A stretch of 41,410 bases of DNA from Deltaproteobacteria bacterium (GTDB lineage: Bacteria > Myxococcota > JACRCW01), in contig JACRCW010000070.1 of assembly GCA_016218805.1 (NCBI GenBank), positions 1 through 41,410 on the forward strand, in the 5' to 3' direction. Below the pieces are notes generated by a model. It saw only the letters and a program-made list of their open reading frames with translations, searched no databases and had not been told where the DNA came from. Positions 18,231 to 26,819 of the stretch are shown one piece after another; within the stretch, counting starts at the first letter, position 1, and each line of letters opens with the position of its first letter. The position numbers and the translations under genes were made by a program.

Positions 18231-18988
18231 GGCGCGCGCTGTGCGCGCTGGGCGGCGCCCTGGCCGCGCTGGCCGCGGCGCCGGAGCCCGGCACGGCGGA
18301 ACAGGGTGGTGCTCCCCCCGCGGTGGCCCGCTGCTTTCCCGGTGAAACCTGGACGCTGCGGATCCGCGCGCTGGGCGTCACCGGCGCCCATGCCACCGTG
18401 GAGATGCCGCTGGGCTGCGGCGGCGCGGAGGCCTACGTGGCCGGCCGCGTACAGACCACGCGGCTCATCAGCCTGGTGTGGCGGGTACGGGACCGGATCC
18501 TCACCGTGCTGGACGGCCGCACCGGCGCCACGCTGCGGACGCTGTTTGAGGAGGATGAGAACGGGCGGCATGAGACCCGTACAGACAGCTTTGAGCCGGG
18601 CGCGGTGGTGACCCGCTGGGAGCTGCCGCCCGGCCGCGTGGTGCGCACGCCTGCCCCGCAGGGCGCCCTGGACCCGTTCACCGTCCTGATGCGCCTGCGC
18701 GCCGCTCCGCTGGCGCCCGGGGACCGGTATCAGTTCCCGGTGTTTTCGCGGGACACCGTCTATGACGGCACCGTGGTGGTCCTGGCGCGCGAGCTGACCA
18801 TTGCCCTGGGGGAAACCACCCGCGTGGTGCACCTGCACGCCACTTTCATGGAGGGCCCCAGGCCCAGCCGCGTCCACGCAGACATCTGGCTGACCGATGA
18901 TGACCGGCGCCTGCCGGTGCGGGTGGAGGCCGGCACGCGGTTTGGCTACCTGGTCAGCGTGCTGGACGCCGTCACCGGCGTGCCATGA
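18227..18988 (+). CDS. DUF3108-like exported protein
   Basis: Signal peptide; PGE.W.L.I..LGV..A, DP.T..MRLR..PL.PG and IWLTDDDRRLPVRVE motifs. Confidence 0.75.
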   Translation: MRRALCALGGALAALAAAPEPGTAEQGGAPPAVARCFPGETWTLRIRALGVTGAHATVEMPLGCGGAEAYVAGRVQTTRLISLVWRVRDRILTVLDGRTGATLRTLFEEDENGRHETRTDSFEPGAVVTRWELPPGRVVRTPAPQGALDPFTVLMRLRAAPLAPGDRYQFPVFSRDTVYDGTVVVLARELTIALGETTRVVHLHATFMEGPRPSRVHADIWLTDDDRRLPVRVEAGTRFGYLVSVLDAVTGVP

Positions 18989-19262
18989 ACGCGCCGCAGT
19001 GGACCGCGGCATTTCCGGGGATACCCGCGGGTCGGTCGGAAGCGCCCACGGCGGGGTGGGCGGCCCGCTCCGGGCCCAAACTGTCTCATTATTCGAGACA
19101 CTTCCGGCCGCTGGCACCCCGCCGGCCGCCCGCAGCGATCCCGCTGCGCGGGCAGGTGCCTGCGCCCGGACTTGAGCCAACCGCCGCAACGCTGCTAGGG
19201 GCCGCGTGGACCAGGGGCAGCGGCCGTCATGTGGGCGGGCCATCTGCGGCAGAAGGGGTGCC

Positions 19263-19844
19263 ATGAAGAAGCAGAGCGCGAAGAAGGGGATGGCAGCCGG
19301 TGCACGTCCGGCCAAGCCCGCCAGGCCCGCGGCGAAGACCGTTGCCAAGCCCGCCGCCAAGCCGGCCGCGCCGCGCAAGGCGGTGCCCGCTCCGTCCAAG
19401 GCGCCGTCCGGCTTGAAGGCAGCCGCGCGCCCGCCACCCCGCAAGGCCACCGCCCCGGCCAAGGCCCCCGCCCCCTCCACCGCGCCGCTCAAGGCGGTCA
19501 GCGCGCCGGTGGTGCGCCGCCCGGTGGGGCCGCGTGACTACGACAAGGCCGAAGTGGAGCGCGCCGCCAAGGCCATCCTCAAAGCCCTGCGCCCGCTCAC
19601 GGGGGATGAAGAGGATTCGGACGCCGAGGCGGTCCGCAACCGCATGTCCCTGGAGAACGCGCACCCGCGCCGCCGGGCGGACGGCCACTACGAGGTGTTC
19701 CTCAAGTATTCCGCCGGCAACAGCGTGGCGGACCCTGAGGCGGAGGCGGAGAGCCGCGCGCGGGCGTGGTTTGACGCCCACAGCGAATACCCCGGCATCA
19801 AGGTGGCGGTGGACGTCACCGTCCTGGAAGAGCGCGAAGGCTGA
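19263..19844 (+). CDS. Hypothetical protein with Lys/Ala/Pro-rich (histone H1-like) N-terminus and a small globular C-domain
   Basis: AKPAAKPAAPRK-type repeats, AAGGGG RBS before ATG 19263, codon pattern consistent with the genome. Confidence 0.75.
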   Translation: MKKQSAKKGMAAGARPAKPARPAAKTVAKPAAKPAAPRKAVPAPSKAPSGLKAAARPPPRKATAPAKAPAPSTAPLKAVSAPVVRRPVGPRDYDKAEVERAAKAILKALRPLTGDEEDSDAEAVRNRMSLENAHPRRRADGHYEVFLKYSAGNSVADPEAEAESRARAWFDAHSEYPGIKVAVDVTVLEEREG

Positions 19845-19848
19845 AGGG

Positions 19849-20082
19849 TCAGCCCCGCCGCTCCAGGCGCTCCACGCGGTGTTCCAGCGTGCTCAGGCGC
19901 TTGTCATTTGCCAGCGCGGCCGTGTCTCGCTTCATGGCATCCCGGCGGATGTGGACCAGCTCCGCCTGCATGCGGTCCAGGCGCTTGTTGGTTTCCGCCG
20001 CCTCCACGCGCAGGCCAGTAAGCTCCGCGTGGATCTTCTGCAGCACCTTGATGGTGAGGTCCTTCACATCTCCGCTGGCCAT
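19849..20082 (-). CDS. Small coiled-coil hypothetical protein, copy 1 (77 aa)
   Basis: MASGDVKDLTIKVLQKIHAEL...RLSTLEHRVERLERRG. GGAGG RBS. Differences from copy 2 in the 3' half are synonymous. Confidence 0.8.
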   Translation of the reverse strand: MASGDVKDLTIKVLQKIHAELTGLRVEAAETNKRLDRMQAELVHIRRDAMKRDTAALANDKRLSTLEHRVERLERRG

Positions 20083-20142
20083 CACGCCCTCCAGCCACCC
20101 GTTTACCACGGCGCGCGGTTGGCGGCAGGCAGGGGACGCCAT

Positions 20143-20203
20143 TCGCGGCTCAGGCGTAGCGCCCCGGTGGCACAGCTCAAGCGCGTGCGCCACGCCACCC
20201 GGG
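20143..20203 (-). pseudogene. Degenerate relic of the rluA 3' end
   Basis: Aligns ungapped to 20580-20640 with 12 mismatches in 61 nt; the TGA stop has become CGA. Confidence 0.75.
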
Positions 20204-20252
20204 CATCAAGGTGGCGGTGGACGTCACCCTCCTGGAAGAGCGCGAAGGCTGA
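20202..20252 (+). pseudogene. Relic copy of the last 17 codons of gene 19263-19844
   Basis: Matches 19794-19844 with 1 mismatch in 51 nt (GIKVAVDVTLLEEREG-stop) and has no start of its own. Confidence 0.8.
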
Positions 20253-20256
20253 AGGG

Positions 20257-20523
20257 TCAGCCGCGCCGCTCCAGGCGCTCCACGCGGTGTTCCAGCGTGC
20301 TCAGGCGCTTGTCGTTGGCCAGCGCGGCCGTGTCCCGCTTCATGGCATCCCGGCGGATGTGGACCAGCTCCGCCTGCATGCGGTCCAGGCGCTTGTTGGT
20401 TTCATCCAGGCGCCTGTTGGTTTCCGCCGCGTGCCGGTCCTGGTCTGTGCGCAGCGCAGAAAGCTCCGCGTGGATCTTCTGCAGCACCTTGACGGTGAGG
20501 TCCTTCACATCTCCGCTGGCCAT
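20257..20523 (-). CDS. Small coiled-coil hypothetical protein, copy 2 (88 aa)
   Basis: Paralogue of 19849-20082 with 11 extra residues, including an internally duplicated heptad (ETNRRLD). GGAGG RBS. Confidence 0.8.
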   Translation of the reverse strand: MASGDVKDLTVKVLQKIHAELSALRTDQDRHAAETNRRLDETNKRLDRMQAELVHIRRDAMKRDTAALANDKRLSTLEHRVERLERRG

Positions 20524-20579
20524 CACGTCCTCCAGCCACCCGTTTAACACGGCGCGGGGGGCGGCAGCAGGGGCGGCGC

Positions 20580-21497
20580 TCACGGCCCAGGCGTCGCGCC
20601 CGGATTGCCCAGCTCAAACACGCGCCCCCCGCCACCCGGGATGGGGAACCCGTCGCCCACCACCGGCCCGTGCTTCCCGCCCGCCACGCGCCACGCCCGC
20701 TGCATGTCCTCCGGCAGCGGTGACACCGCCACCACCCGCTGGCCCGTGGACGGGTGCGTGATGGCCAGCCGGTGGCTGTGCAGCGCCTGCCGCGCAATGA
20801 GGTCCGTGCGGCCGGCGGCGTACTGCTGCTCGCCCAGCAGCGGGAAGCCCAGCTCCGCCAGGTGCACCCGGATCTGGTTGCGCCGCCCCGTCTCCAGCTT
20901 CAGGGCCACCAGCGCCACCTCCCCCGCCTGCTCCACCAGCCGGAAGTGCGTCACGGCCAGCTGGCCTTCGCCGTCATCCAGGGTGCGCATGCGCAGGTCA
21001 CGCCCCACGGTCCCCAGGTGGCTGCGGATGGTCCCCGCCCCGGGCGGCCGCCCCGAACACAGCGCCAGGTAGACGCGCTCAAAGTCCCGCCGCCGCAGCT
21101 CCTCCACCAGCGTGCCCAACGCGTGCCGCGTCCGCGCCACCACCAGCACCCCGGAGGTGTCCCGGTCCAGCCGGTGCACGGGGAACACCTGGTCATGCGC
21201 ACCCTTGAGCCGGTGACGCAGGTGCCCCATCACCGTGGGCGGGTTGCCCACGTCCGTCTTCACCGTCAGCAGCCCCGGTCCCTTGTCAACCAGGCACACC
21301 TGGCTGTCGCGGAACACAATGTCACACTGGCCGGGCGCGGGCGCCGGACCCTTGCGCGTGACCACAAGCGGCGGGAGGGCCCGGGGTGGGCGCGGCGCCG
21401 GGCGGGGCGCGCGGCGCCGGGGATCCTCACGGTGGCGGCGGGGGCTGCGGCCGCGCGGCGCGCCGGGTGCGGTGTCACGGGAGGAGCGCCGGGGCAT
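20580..21497 (-). CDS. RluA-family pseudouridine synthase
   Basis: VDKGPGL, VHRLDRDTSG with the catalytic Asp, LETGRRNQIRVHLA, RQALHS. Start estimated at MPRRSS. Confidence 0.93.
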   Translation of the reverse strand: MPRRSSRDTAPGAPRGRSPRRHREDPRRRAPRPAPRPPRALPPLVVTRKGPAPAPGQCDIVFRDSQVCLVDKGPGLLTVKTDVGNPPTVMGHLRHRLKGAHDQVFPVHRLDRDTSGVLVVARTRHALGTLVEELRRRDFERVYLALCSGRPPGAGTIRSHLGTVGRDLRMRTLDDGEGQLAVTHFRLVEQAGEVALVALKLETGRRNQIRVHLAELGFPLLGEQQYAAGRTDLIARQALHSHRLAITHPSTGQRVVAVSPLPEDMQRAWRVAGGKHGPVVGDGFPIPGGGGRVFELGNPGATPGP

Positions 21498-21681
21498 GCG
21501 CGCGTGTGTAGCCCAGCGGACCCCACACCGCCCAATGACCGCGGCGTTTGCGCCCGCCCGAACGCGCGGGTACCCGTCCGTCCACCGAGACGACTGACGT
21601 GGCCCACCCGCTGCCCCCACCTCCCACCCGCCCCGGCACTGCGCGCCTCGGCGGCGTCCCCCGCAAGTGGGGAGGTGCCCG

Positions 21682-23106
21682 GTGAGTTCAGCGCTGTCCG
21701 TGACCGCCGGCACCCGCCGCGCTGTGGACACCGCGCGCCTGGGCCGCCTGCTGCGGGACATCTGCGGCCCCTCCCACGTCAAGACCGACGCGGACGCCCT
21801 GGCACCCTACGGCCATGACGAGACCCACGGCCTGACCCCCATCCCCCCTGACGCCGTGGTGCTCCCCGGCAACACCCGCGAAGTGGCCGAGGTCATGCGC
21901 GCCTGCGCCTCCCTGGAACTGCCGGTGGTGCCCCGCGGCGCGGGAACCGGCCGCAGTGGCGGGTGCGTGCCCGCGCACGGCGGCGTCGTGGTTGCACTGA
22001 CGCGCATGGCGGCGGTGAACGAAATTGACCCGTCCGACGGCGTGGCCGTGGTGGAGCCGGGCGTCATCCTGGGTGCGTTCCAGCAGCGCGTGGAGGCGGA
22101 GGGCTGGTTCTATCCGCCCGACCCGGCGTCGCTGGCGGACTGCACGCTGGGCGGCAACGTGGCGGAGAACGCCGGTGGGCCGCGCGCGGTGAAGTACGGC
22201 GTCACGCGGGACTACCTGCTGGGCCTGGAAGCGGTCCTTCCCACGGGCGAGACGGTGCGCATGGGCCGCCGCAGCCAGAAGGGCGTGGCGGGCTATGACC
22301 TGGCGGGCCTCATGTGCGGCTCCGAAGGCACGCTGGCCATCCTCACGTCCCTGACGCTCCGGATCATCCCGCGCCCGCCGGTGGTGCAGACGGGCGTGAT
22401 GGCTTTTGCCAGCGCGCAGGACGCGGCCCGCACGGTGACCGCGGTGCTGGCCCGCGGGATCCGGCCGCGCACGCTGGAGTACCTGGACGCGCTCACGCTG
22501 GACGCGGTGCGTCCCCTGGGCGGGTACGCGTTCCCCGCGGACGCACGCGCGGCGCTGATCATTGAGGCGGACGGCGTGTCAGAAGACGCGGTGTGGGAGG
22601 AGCTCCGCCGCGCGGCGGAGGTGGCCACCGCACACGGCGCGCAGGAAGTGGTGCTGGCCCAGGACGAGGCGCAGCGGCGCCGCATCTGGGACACCCGGCA
22701 CAAACTCTCCGCCGCCACGCGCCAGCTCACCGGTCACAAGGTCAGTGAGGACGTGGTGGTGCCCCGCGGCCGCGTGCCGGAGATGGTGGCGCGCCTGGCG
22801 GCCACCGGCGAGCGGCACGGCTTGCGGGTGGGCGCGTTTGGCCACGCCGGGGACGGCAACCTGCACGTGCAGGTGATCTTCAACGACCCGGTGGCCCAGA
22901 AGGCGCAGGTGGAGGCGTGCCTGCGGGAAGTCACCGTGGAGGCGCTCCAGCTGGGCGGCAGCGTCAGCGGCGAACACGGCGTGGGCCTGGCCAAGCGCGC
23001 GCTGCTGGAACTGGAACAGGGACCCGAGGTCATTGCCCTGCAGAAGCGGATCAAGGCGGCGTTTGATCCGCGGGGTATCCTCAATCCCGGGAAGGTGTTT
23101 CCATGA
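21682..23106 (+). CDS. FAD-linked oxidase, glycolate oxidase GlcD / D-lactate dehydrogenase family
   Basis: PRGAGTG.SGG, YPPDPAS, GGNVAENAGG..AVKYG.TRD, GSEGTL, GHAGDGNLH, SGEHGVG, DPRGILNPGK. GGAGG precedes GTG 21682. Confidence 0.92.
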   Translation: MSSALSVTAGTRRAVDTARLGRLLRDICGPSHVKTDADALAPYGHDETHGLTPIPPDAVVLPGNTREVAEVMRACASLELPVVPRGAGTGRSGGCVPAHGGVVVALTRMAAVNEIDPSDGVAVVEPGVILGAFQQRVEAEGWFYPPDPASLADCTLGGNVAENAGGPRAVKYGVTRDYLLGLEAVLPTGETVRMGRRSQKGVAGYDLAGLMCGSEGTLAILTSLTLRIIPRPPVVQTGVMAFASAQDAARTVTAVLARGIRPRTLEYLDALTLDAVRPLGGYAFPADARAALIIEADGVSEDAVWEELRRAAEVATAHGAQEVVLAQDEAQRRRIWDTRHKLSAATRQLTGHKVSEDVVVPRGRVPEMVARLAATGERHGLRVGAFGHAGDGNLHVQVIFNDPVAQKAQVEACLREVTVEALQLGGSVSGEHGVGLAKRALLELEQGPEVIALQKRIKAAFDPRGILNPGKVFP

Positions 23107-24287
23107 GAAGACTGCTGCTTGGTGTCGTCCTCACGGCGTGCGCGTCCCCGCCGGACCCGCCGGTCCACAAGGAACCGCTGCCGTTTGAGCCCGCCGGGCC
23201 CACGGCGTCACCGGACCCCTCCGCGCCCGGGCCCTACCCGGTGGGAGTGCGCACCGTGACGCTGGTGGACCCCACGCGCACCACGCCCGGCTACACCGCG
23301 CCGCGCCAGCTGGTGTGCGAGATCTGGTACCCCGCGGTGGAAGCGTCCCGGACGCTGCCGCGCGTGGAGTACGTGCTGCATGACCAGCTCCCGGATGACA
23401 TGAAAGCGCAGATTGCCCCGGAGGCGCTGGGGACGCTGCAGACGGATGCAGCGCGGGACGCGGACATCCGCGCGGACAGCGACCGCTATCCGGTGGTGGT
23501 GTTTTCGCACGGCAAGGGCGGCATCCGGATGCAGAGCACCTTCCTCACGGTGGCGCTGGCCAGCCACGGCCATGTCGTCATTTCGCCGGACCACGAGGCG
23601 GACACGCTGGTGGACCTGCTGCGCGAAGGCGACGTGGAGCTGAACACCACGTACGACAGCTTCATTGACCGGCCGCTGGACGTGATGTTCATCCTGGACC
23701 AGGTGGAGGCCGGTGATGCACTCAGCTGGCTGCGGCCGATTGCCGACATGGAGCACGTGGGTCTGGCGGGCCACAGCTTTGGCGCCCTGACCACCATGCG
23801 CGTGTCCGGCCTGGACGGCCGCGTGGACGCGGAGGTGGCGCAGGCGCCCGCCGGCTACGCCCTGGTGCAGGTGGACGTGCCTACGCAGCTGGAGCAGTAC
23901 GGCATCCCGGTGATGCTGCAGTCCGCCGGCATGGACCGCACGCTGCCGGAGGACCCCAGCGCCACGTCGCTGTGGGCGCACCTGCGCTCACCGCGCTACT
24001 TCCTGCGCATGCCTACCGCCGGCCACTTCACCTTCAGCGATCTGTGCGTGTTTGACGTTGCGGCCATTGACGCGGCCATTCCGCTGGACGTCAGCAACGT
24101 GCTCACCGACGGGTGCGGCACGGACAATATCCGCCCGGAAGTGGCCTTCCCCATCATCCGCCACTACGCCGTTGGCCTGTTCAACGGCTACCTGCGCAGT
24201 TCCCCGGCGGCGCGCGCGCTGCTCACTGAGGCGCCCGGTGTGGCCCTGGGCGGCGCCGGCACGCTCACCTTCCAGCACGAACCCTGA
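23103..24287 (+). CDS. Alpha/beta-hydrolase lipoprotein (PAF-acetylhydrolase/chlorophyllase-like)
   Basis: Lipobox LTAC; PGPYPVG, EIWYPA, PVVVFSHG, LASHG, GHSFG nucleophile elbow, AGHFTF. Confidence 0.88.
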   Translation: MRRLLLGVVLTACASPPDPPVHKEPLPFEPAGPTASPDPSAPGPYPVGVRTVTLVDPTRTTPGYTAPRQLVCEIWYPAVEASRTLPRVEYVLHDQLPDDMKAQIAPEALGTLQTDAARDADIRADSDRYPVVVFSHGKGGIRMQSTFLTVALASHGHVVISPDHEADTLVDLLREGDVELNTTYDSFIDRPLDVMFILDQVEAGDALSWLRPIADMEHVGLAGHSFGALTTMRVSGLDGRVDAEVAQAPAGYALVQVDVPTQLEQYGIPVMLQSAGMDRTLPEDPSATSLWAHLRSPRYFLRMPTAGHFTFSDLCVFDVAAIDAAIPLDVSNVLTDGCGTDNIRPEVAFPIIRHYAVGLFNGYLRSSPAARALLTEAPGVALGGAGTLTFQHEP

Positions 24288-24290
24288 GGT

Positions 24291-24518
24291 GTGGCCGTGC
24301 AGGTGCCCTGGAACGCGCTGCCGTCCGACGTGCTGGACCGCGTGATTGAAGACTTTGTCACGCGCGGCGGGACGGATGACGGACAAGTGGACGTCCCGCT
24401 GGAGCGGCGCGTGGCGCTGGTGCGCGCACAACTGCGCGGCGGCGAGGCGGTGCTGGTCTGGGACGCCGAATCGGAGAGCGTCAACATTGTCCTGCGCAGC
24501 GAATTGCCGCCGCGCTGA
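24291..24518 (+). CDS. yheU: YheU family protein (UPF0270)
   Basis: VPW..L..DVL..VIEDFVTR.GTD.G..DV.LE.RV..V..QL..GEAVLVWD..SESVNI. Confidence 0.85.
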   Translation: MAVQVPWNALPSDVLDRVIEDFVTRGGTDDGQVDVPLERRVALVRAQLRGGEAVLVWDAESESVNIVLRSELPPR

Positions 24519-24522
24519 CGGA

Positions 24523-26742
24523 TCACGCCAGCTCTTCCGCAGTCACATGTTCCGGCAGCGGCGGGAGACCGTGGCGGCCCACGTCATAACGGCCGCCGCC
24601 GGTCACGCGCTCCACGCCGGGAATGGTGAACAGGCGCTCCGCGGGCAGGTTGCGCCCGTCCGGAGCGGGCACGTACGGCAGGTGCACCAGGCTGGCGTGG
24701 CGTGCCGCGGCACGCACGGCTTCACGGAACAGCGCGCGCTCCGCCTCCACGCCCAGCACGCGGCAGCTCATGGCCACGCAGCGCAGCACCCCGCCCTCCA
24801 CCAGCGCCGCACCCACCAGGCCGTAGTCCGCAAACCGGTCCGTCACCCACATGGCCACCACGGCGCCGTGTGCGCCGTCGCGGATCAACGCCTCCACCTC
24901 CGCGGCGGTGGGCTTGACCCCGGTGGTGTTGAACTGCGTGGTGCGCTGGAACAGCTCCGTGATGCGCGCGGCACGCGTGACGTCATGCAGCACGCCCGCG
25001 CGGCACCGCACTTTCAGTGAGCGCAGGAACGCCGCGTGGTCAGGGGCGGCGGCCTCCGCGTCCTCGCGCTGCAGCCGGGCGCGGGTGGTCTCCGTGCGCG
25101 TGCGCGCCTCCTCGCTGTCGGTGAGCGGCTGGAAGCGCGGGTCGGTCAGCAGGGCTTCGCGCACGCGGTTGAGGTCCTCACCCAGGATCATCATGTCCGG
25201 GAAGGCCTGCGCCACCTCCGCGCGTTCCACCGGGTTGTCGTCAATGAAGCACACCTGGCGCGGCTTCACCTGCAGCTCGCTGAGCAGCTCGCGCAGGGAG
25301 TCACTCTTGCGGCCCCAGCCGATCTTGAGGCGCACAAAGTCATCCGGCCGCAGGAAGTGCCGCGCGTCCGCGGCGGTGGAGCGGTAGACCTCCGGCACGT
25401 CATCCATGCGCCACTTGCGGAGCACCACCTCCGGCGCGTTGCGGCTCACCACCGCCAGCAGGATCCCGCGGTCACGGATGATGCGCAGCGCCTCGTGCAG
25501 GCCACCGTGCGCGCCGTACATCAGTGACAGGGCCACGTGGTCGTCGGCAAGGCTGAAGGTGTCGTCGCCCATTTCGCCGGGCCACAGCGTGTTGTCCAGG
25601 TCCACGGCAATCACGCGCACCTGGTCCTGGCCGCGCCAGGCAACCAGGTGGTCCACGTACGCGCGGGCCAGGATGCGGTGCAGCAGCAGCCGGTCCTTCA
25701 CGCCAAAGCTCTTGAGCCGGTCATCATGGCCAGGGTTGTCCGCGTCAAAACCCAGCACGCCGTGGTGGCTGTAGGTGGACACCAGGTCATCCAGGACCCA
25801 GCGCTTGCCCCACGCGGACAGCAGCGCGTCCTCGTCCACAAACAGCGTGGCGGGGGACTCCGCGCACGCGGACGCCGCGGCCACGTTGACCTCCGTCAGG
25901 CACGCGCGCATCCCCGGCACGTCGCGGTGTTCGCGCATGCCCAGCGGGGAGGTCTGCGGCAGCGCCACGCCCTGCACCAGCACCAGCTTGCCCGCGGCGC
26001 GGTGGCGCACCTCGCGCACGGCGCGCACCACCGCTTCCGCCGCCAGCTTCACGCGCAGGTGCCGTTCGCGCGGCGTGGTGGCGTGGAAGCCGTCCAGCAG
26101 CGGCGCCAGCACCATCCGGTGGCTGGTCTGGAGCACCGTCACGTCCGGCTGCAGCGAATCCACCAGGTGGTGGTCGTCGTGAAAGCCCACGTGCACGTGG
26201 GCCACCAGGCCGCGCGTGCGCGCCTCTTCCGCCAGCAAGGGCCGGACGGACTGCGTGAAGCACCAGCCCAGCAGGAGGAAGGAAACCTCGTCCACGCCGG
26301 TACCGGTGCCGGGCTGGTCCAGCCGCCGCGGCAGCACCGGCTCAAACATGTCCTCCATGGCTCCCAGCGCCATGGCCCCCGTCAGGTCCGCCCCAAAACG
26401 GCGCTTCACCTCGGCCAGCACCAGGGCGGGTTCGTCGTCGTCTTCGGGGACCAGGAAGCGGCAGGTGACCAGCTCCATCAGGAACAGCGCCACCTGGCGC
26501 GCCAGCGCGTCTTCGCCGCCGTCCGGCGGGGGCGGAATGATCCCGCGCGTGCGCGCTTCCTCCACGCCGTCCGCCAGGCGGCGCGGCTGCTGGAACAGCG
26601 TGAGCAGCTCCGTGCCGGAGCGGTGGTACACGCGCCGGTTGCCCAGCAGCGCATGCGCCGCGAACACCCACGTGTCATCCATGGTCATCAGCTGCAGATA
26701 GCGGCTGGCGCGGTAGCGGCGGGGATCAGCGGCGACGTCCAC
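24523..26742 (-). CDS. FkbH-like HAD-IIIC phosphatase/acyltransferase with extra N-terminal domain
   Basis: DLDNTLW (HAD motif I), GILLAVVSRN, W.RKS, FIDDNPVER, RTTQFNTT, DRFADYGLVG, MSCRVLG. Confidence 0.9.
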   Translation of the reverse strand: MDVAADPRRYRASRYLQLMTMDDTWVFAAHALLGNRRVYHRSGTELLTLFQQPRRLADGVEEARTRGIIPPPPDGGEDALARQVALFLMELVTCRFLVPEDDDEPALVLAEVKRRFGADLTGAMALGAMEDMFEPVLPRRLDQPGTGTGVDEVSFLLLGWCFTQSVRPLLAEEARTRGLVAHVHVGFHDDHHLVDSLQPDVTVLQTSHRMVLAPLLDGFHATTPRERHLRVKLAAEAVVRAVREVRHRAAGKLVLVQGVALPQTSPLGMREHRDVPGMRACLTEVNVAAASACAESPATLFVDEDALLSAWGKRWVLDDLVSTYSHHGVLGFDADNPGHDDRLKSFGVKDRLLLHRILARAYVDHLVAWRGQDQVRVIAVDLDNTLWPGEMGDDTFSLADDHVALSLMYGAHGGLHEALRIIRDRGILLAVVSRNAPEVVLRKWRMDDVPEVYRSTAADARHFLRPDDFVRLKIGWGRKSDSLRELLSELQVKPRQVCFIDDNPVERAEVAQAFPDMMILGEDLNRVREALLTDPRFQPLTDSEEARTRTETTRARLQREDAEAAAPDHAAFLRSLKVRCRAGVLHDVTRAARITELFQRTTQFNTTGVKPTAAEVEALIRDGAHGAVVAMWVTDRFADYGLVGAALVEGGVLRCVAMSCRVLGVEAERALFREAVRAAARHASLVHLPYVPAPDGRNLPAERLFTIPGVERVTGGGRYDVGRHGLPPLPEHVTAEELA

Positions 26743-26819
26743 GCTCCCCGAATAGCCCCCGCAGCATGGGGTTGGACAGCGCCCGCGGTGTGGGGCGGAC
26801 CCGTTGACGGGCGGCGGCG

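Larger units (their letters stand above)
19794..20640. repeat. Direct tandem duplication, units ~19794-20203 and ~20202-20640
   Basis: Offset is 408 nt at the left, 441 after a 33-nt insertion and 437 at the right. Each unit holds the 3' end of the upstream gene, the small coiled-coil gene and the 3' end of rluA. Confidence 0.93.

Noticed and set aside
18985..19266. 93-aa ORF bridging DUF3108 and the H1-like gene
   Set aside because: It overlaps both neighbours by 4 nt, but the composition is Pro/Ala/Gly-rich with atypical codons and no motif. It is not called, though it cannot be fully excluded.
19794..20252. Duplicated gene 3' end as attL/attR of an integrated element
   Set aside because: No integrase or foreign cargo. 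The whole intervening DNA is itself duplicated, including the rluA end, which fits tandem duplication.
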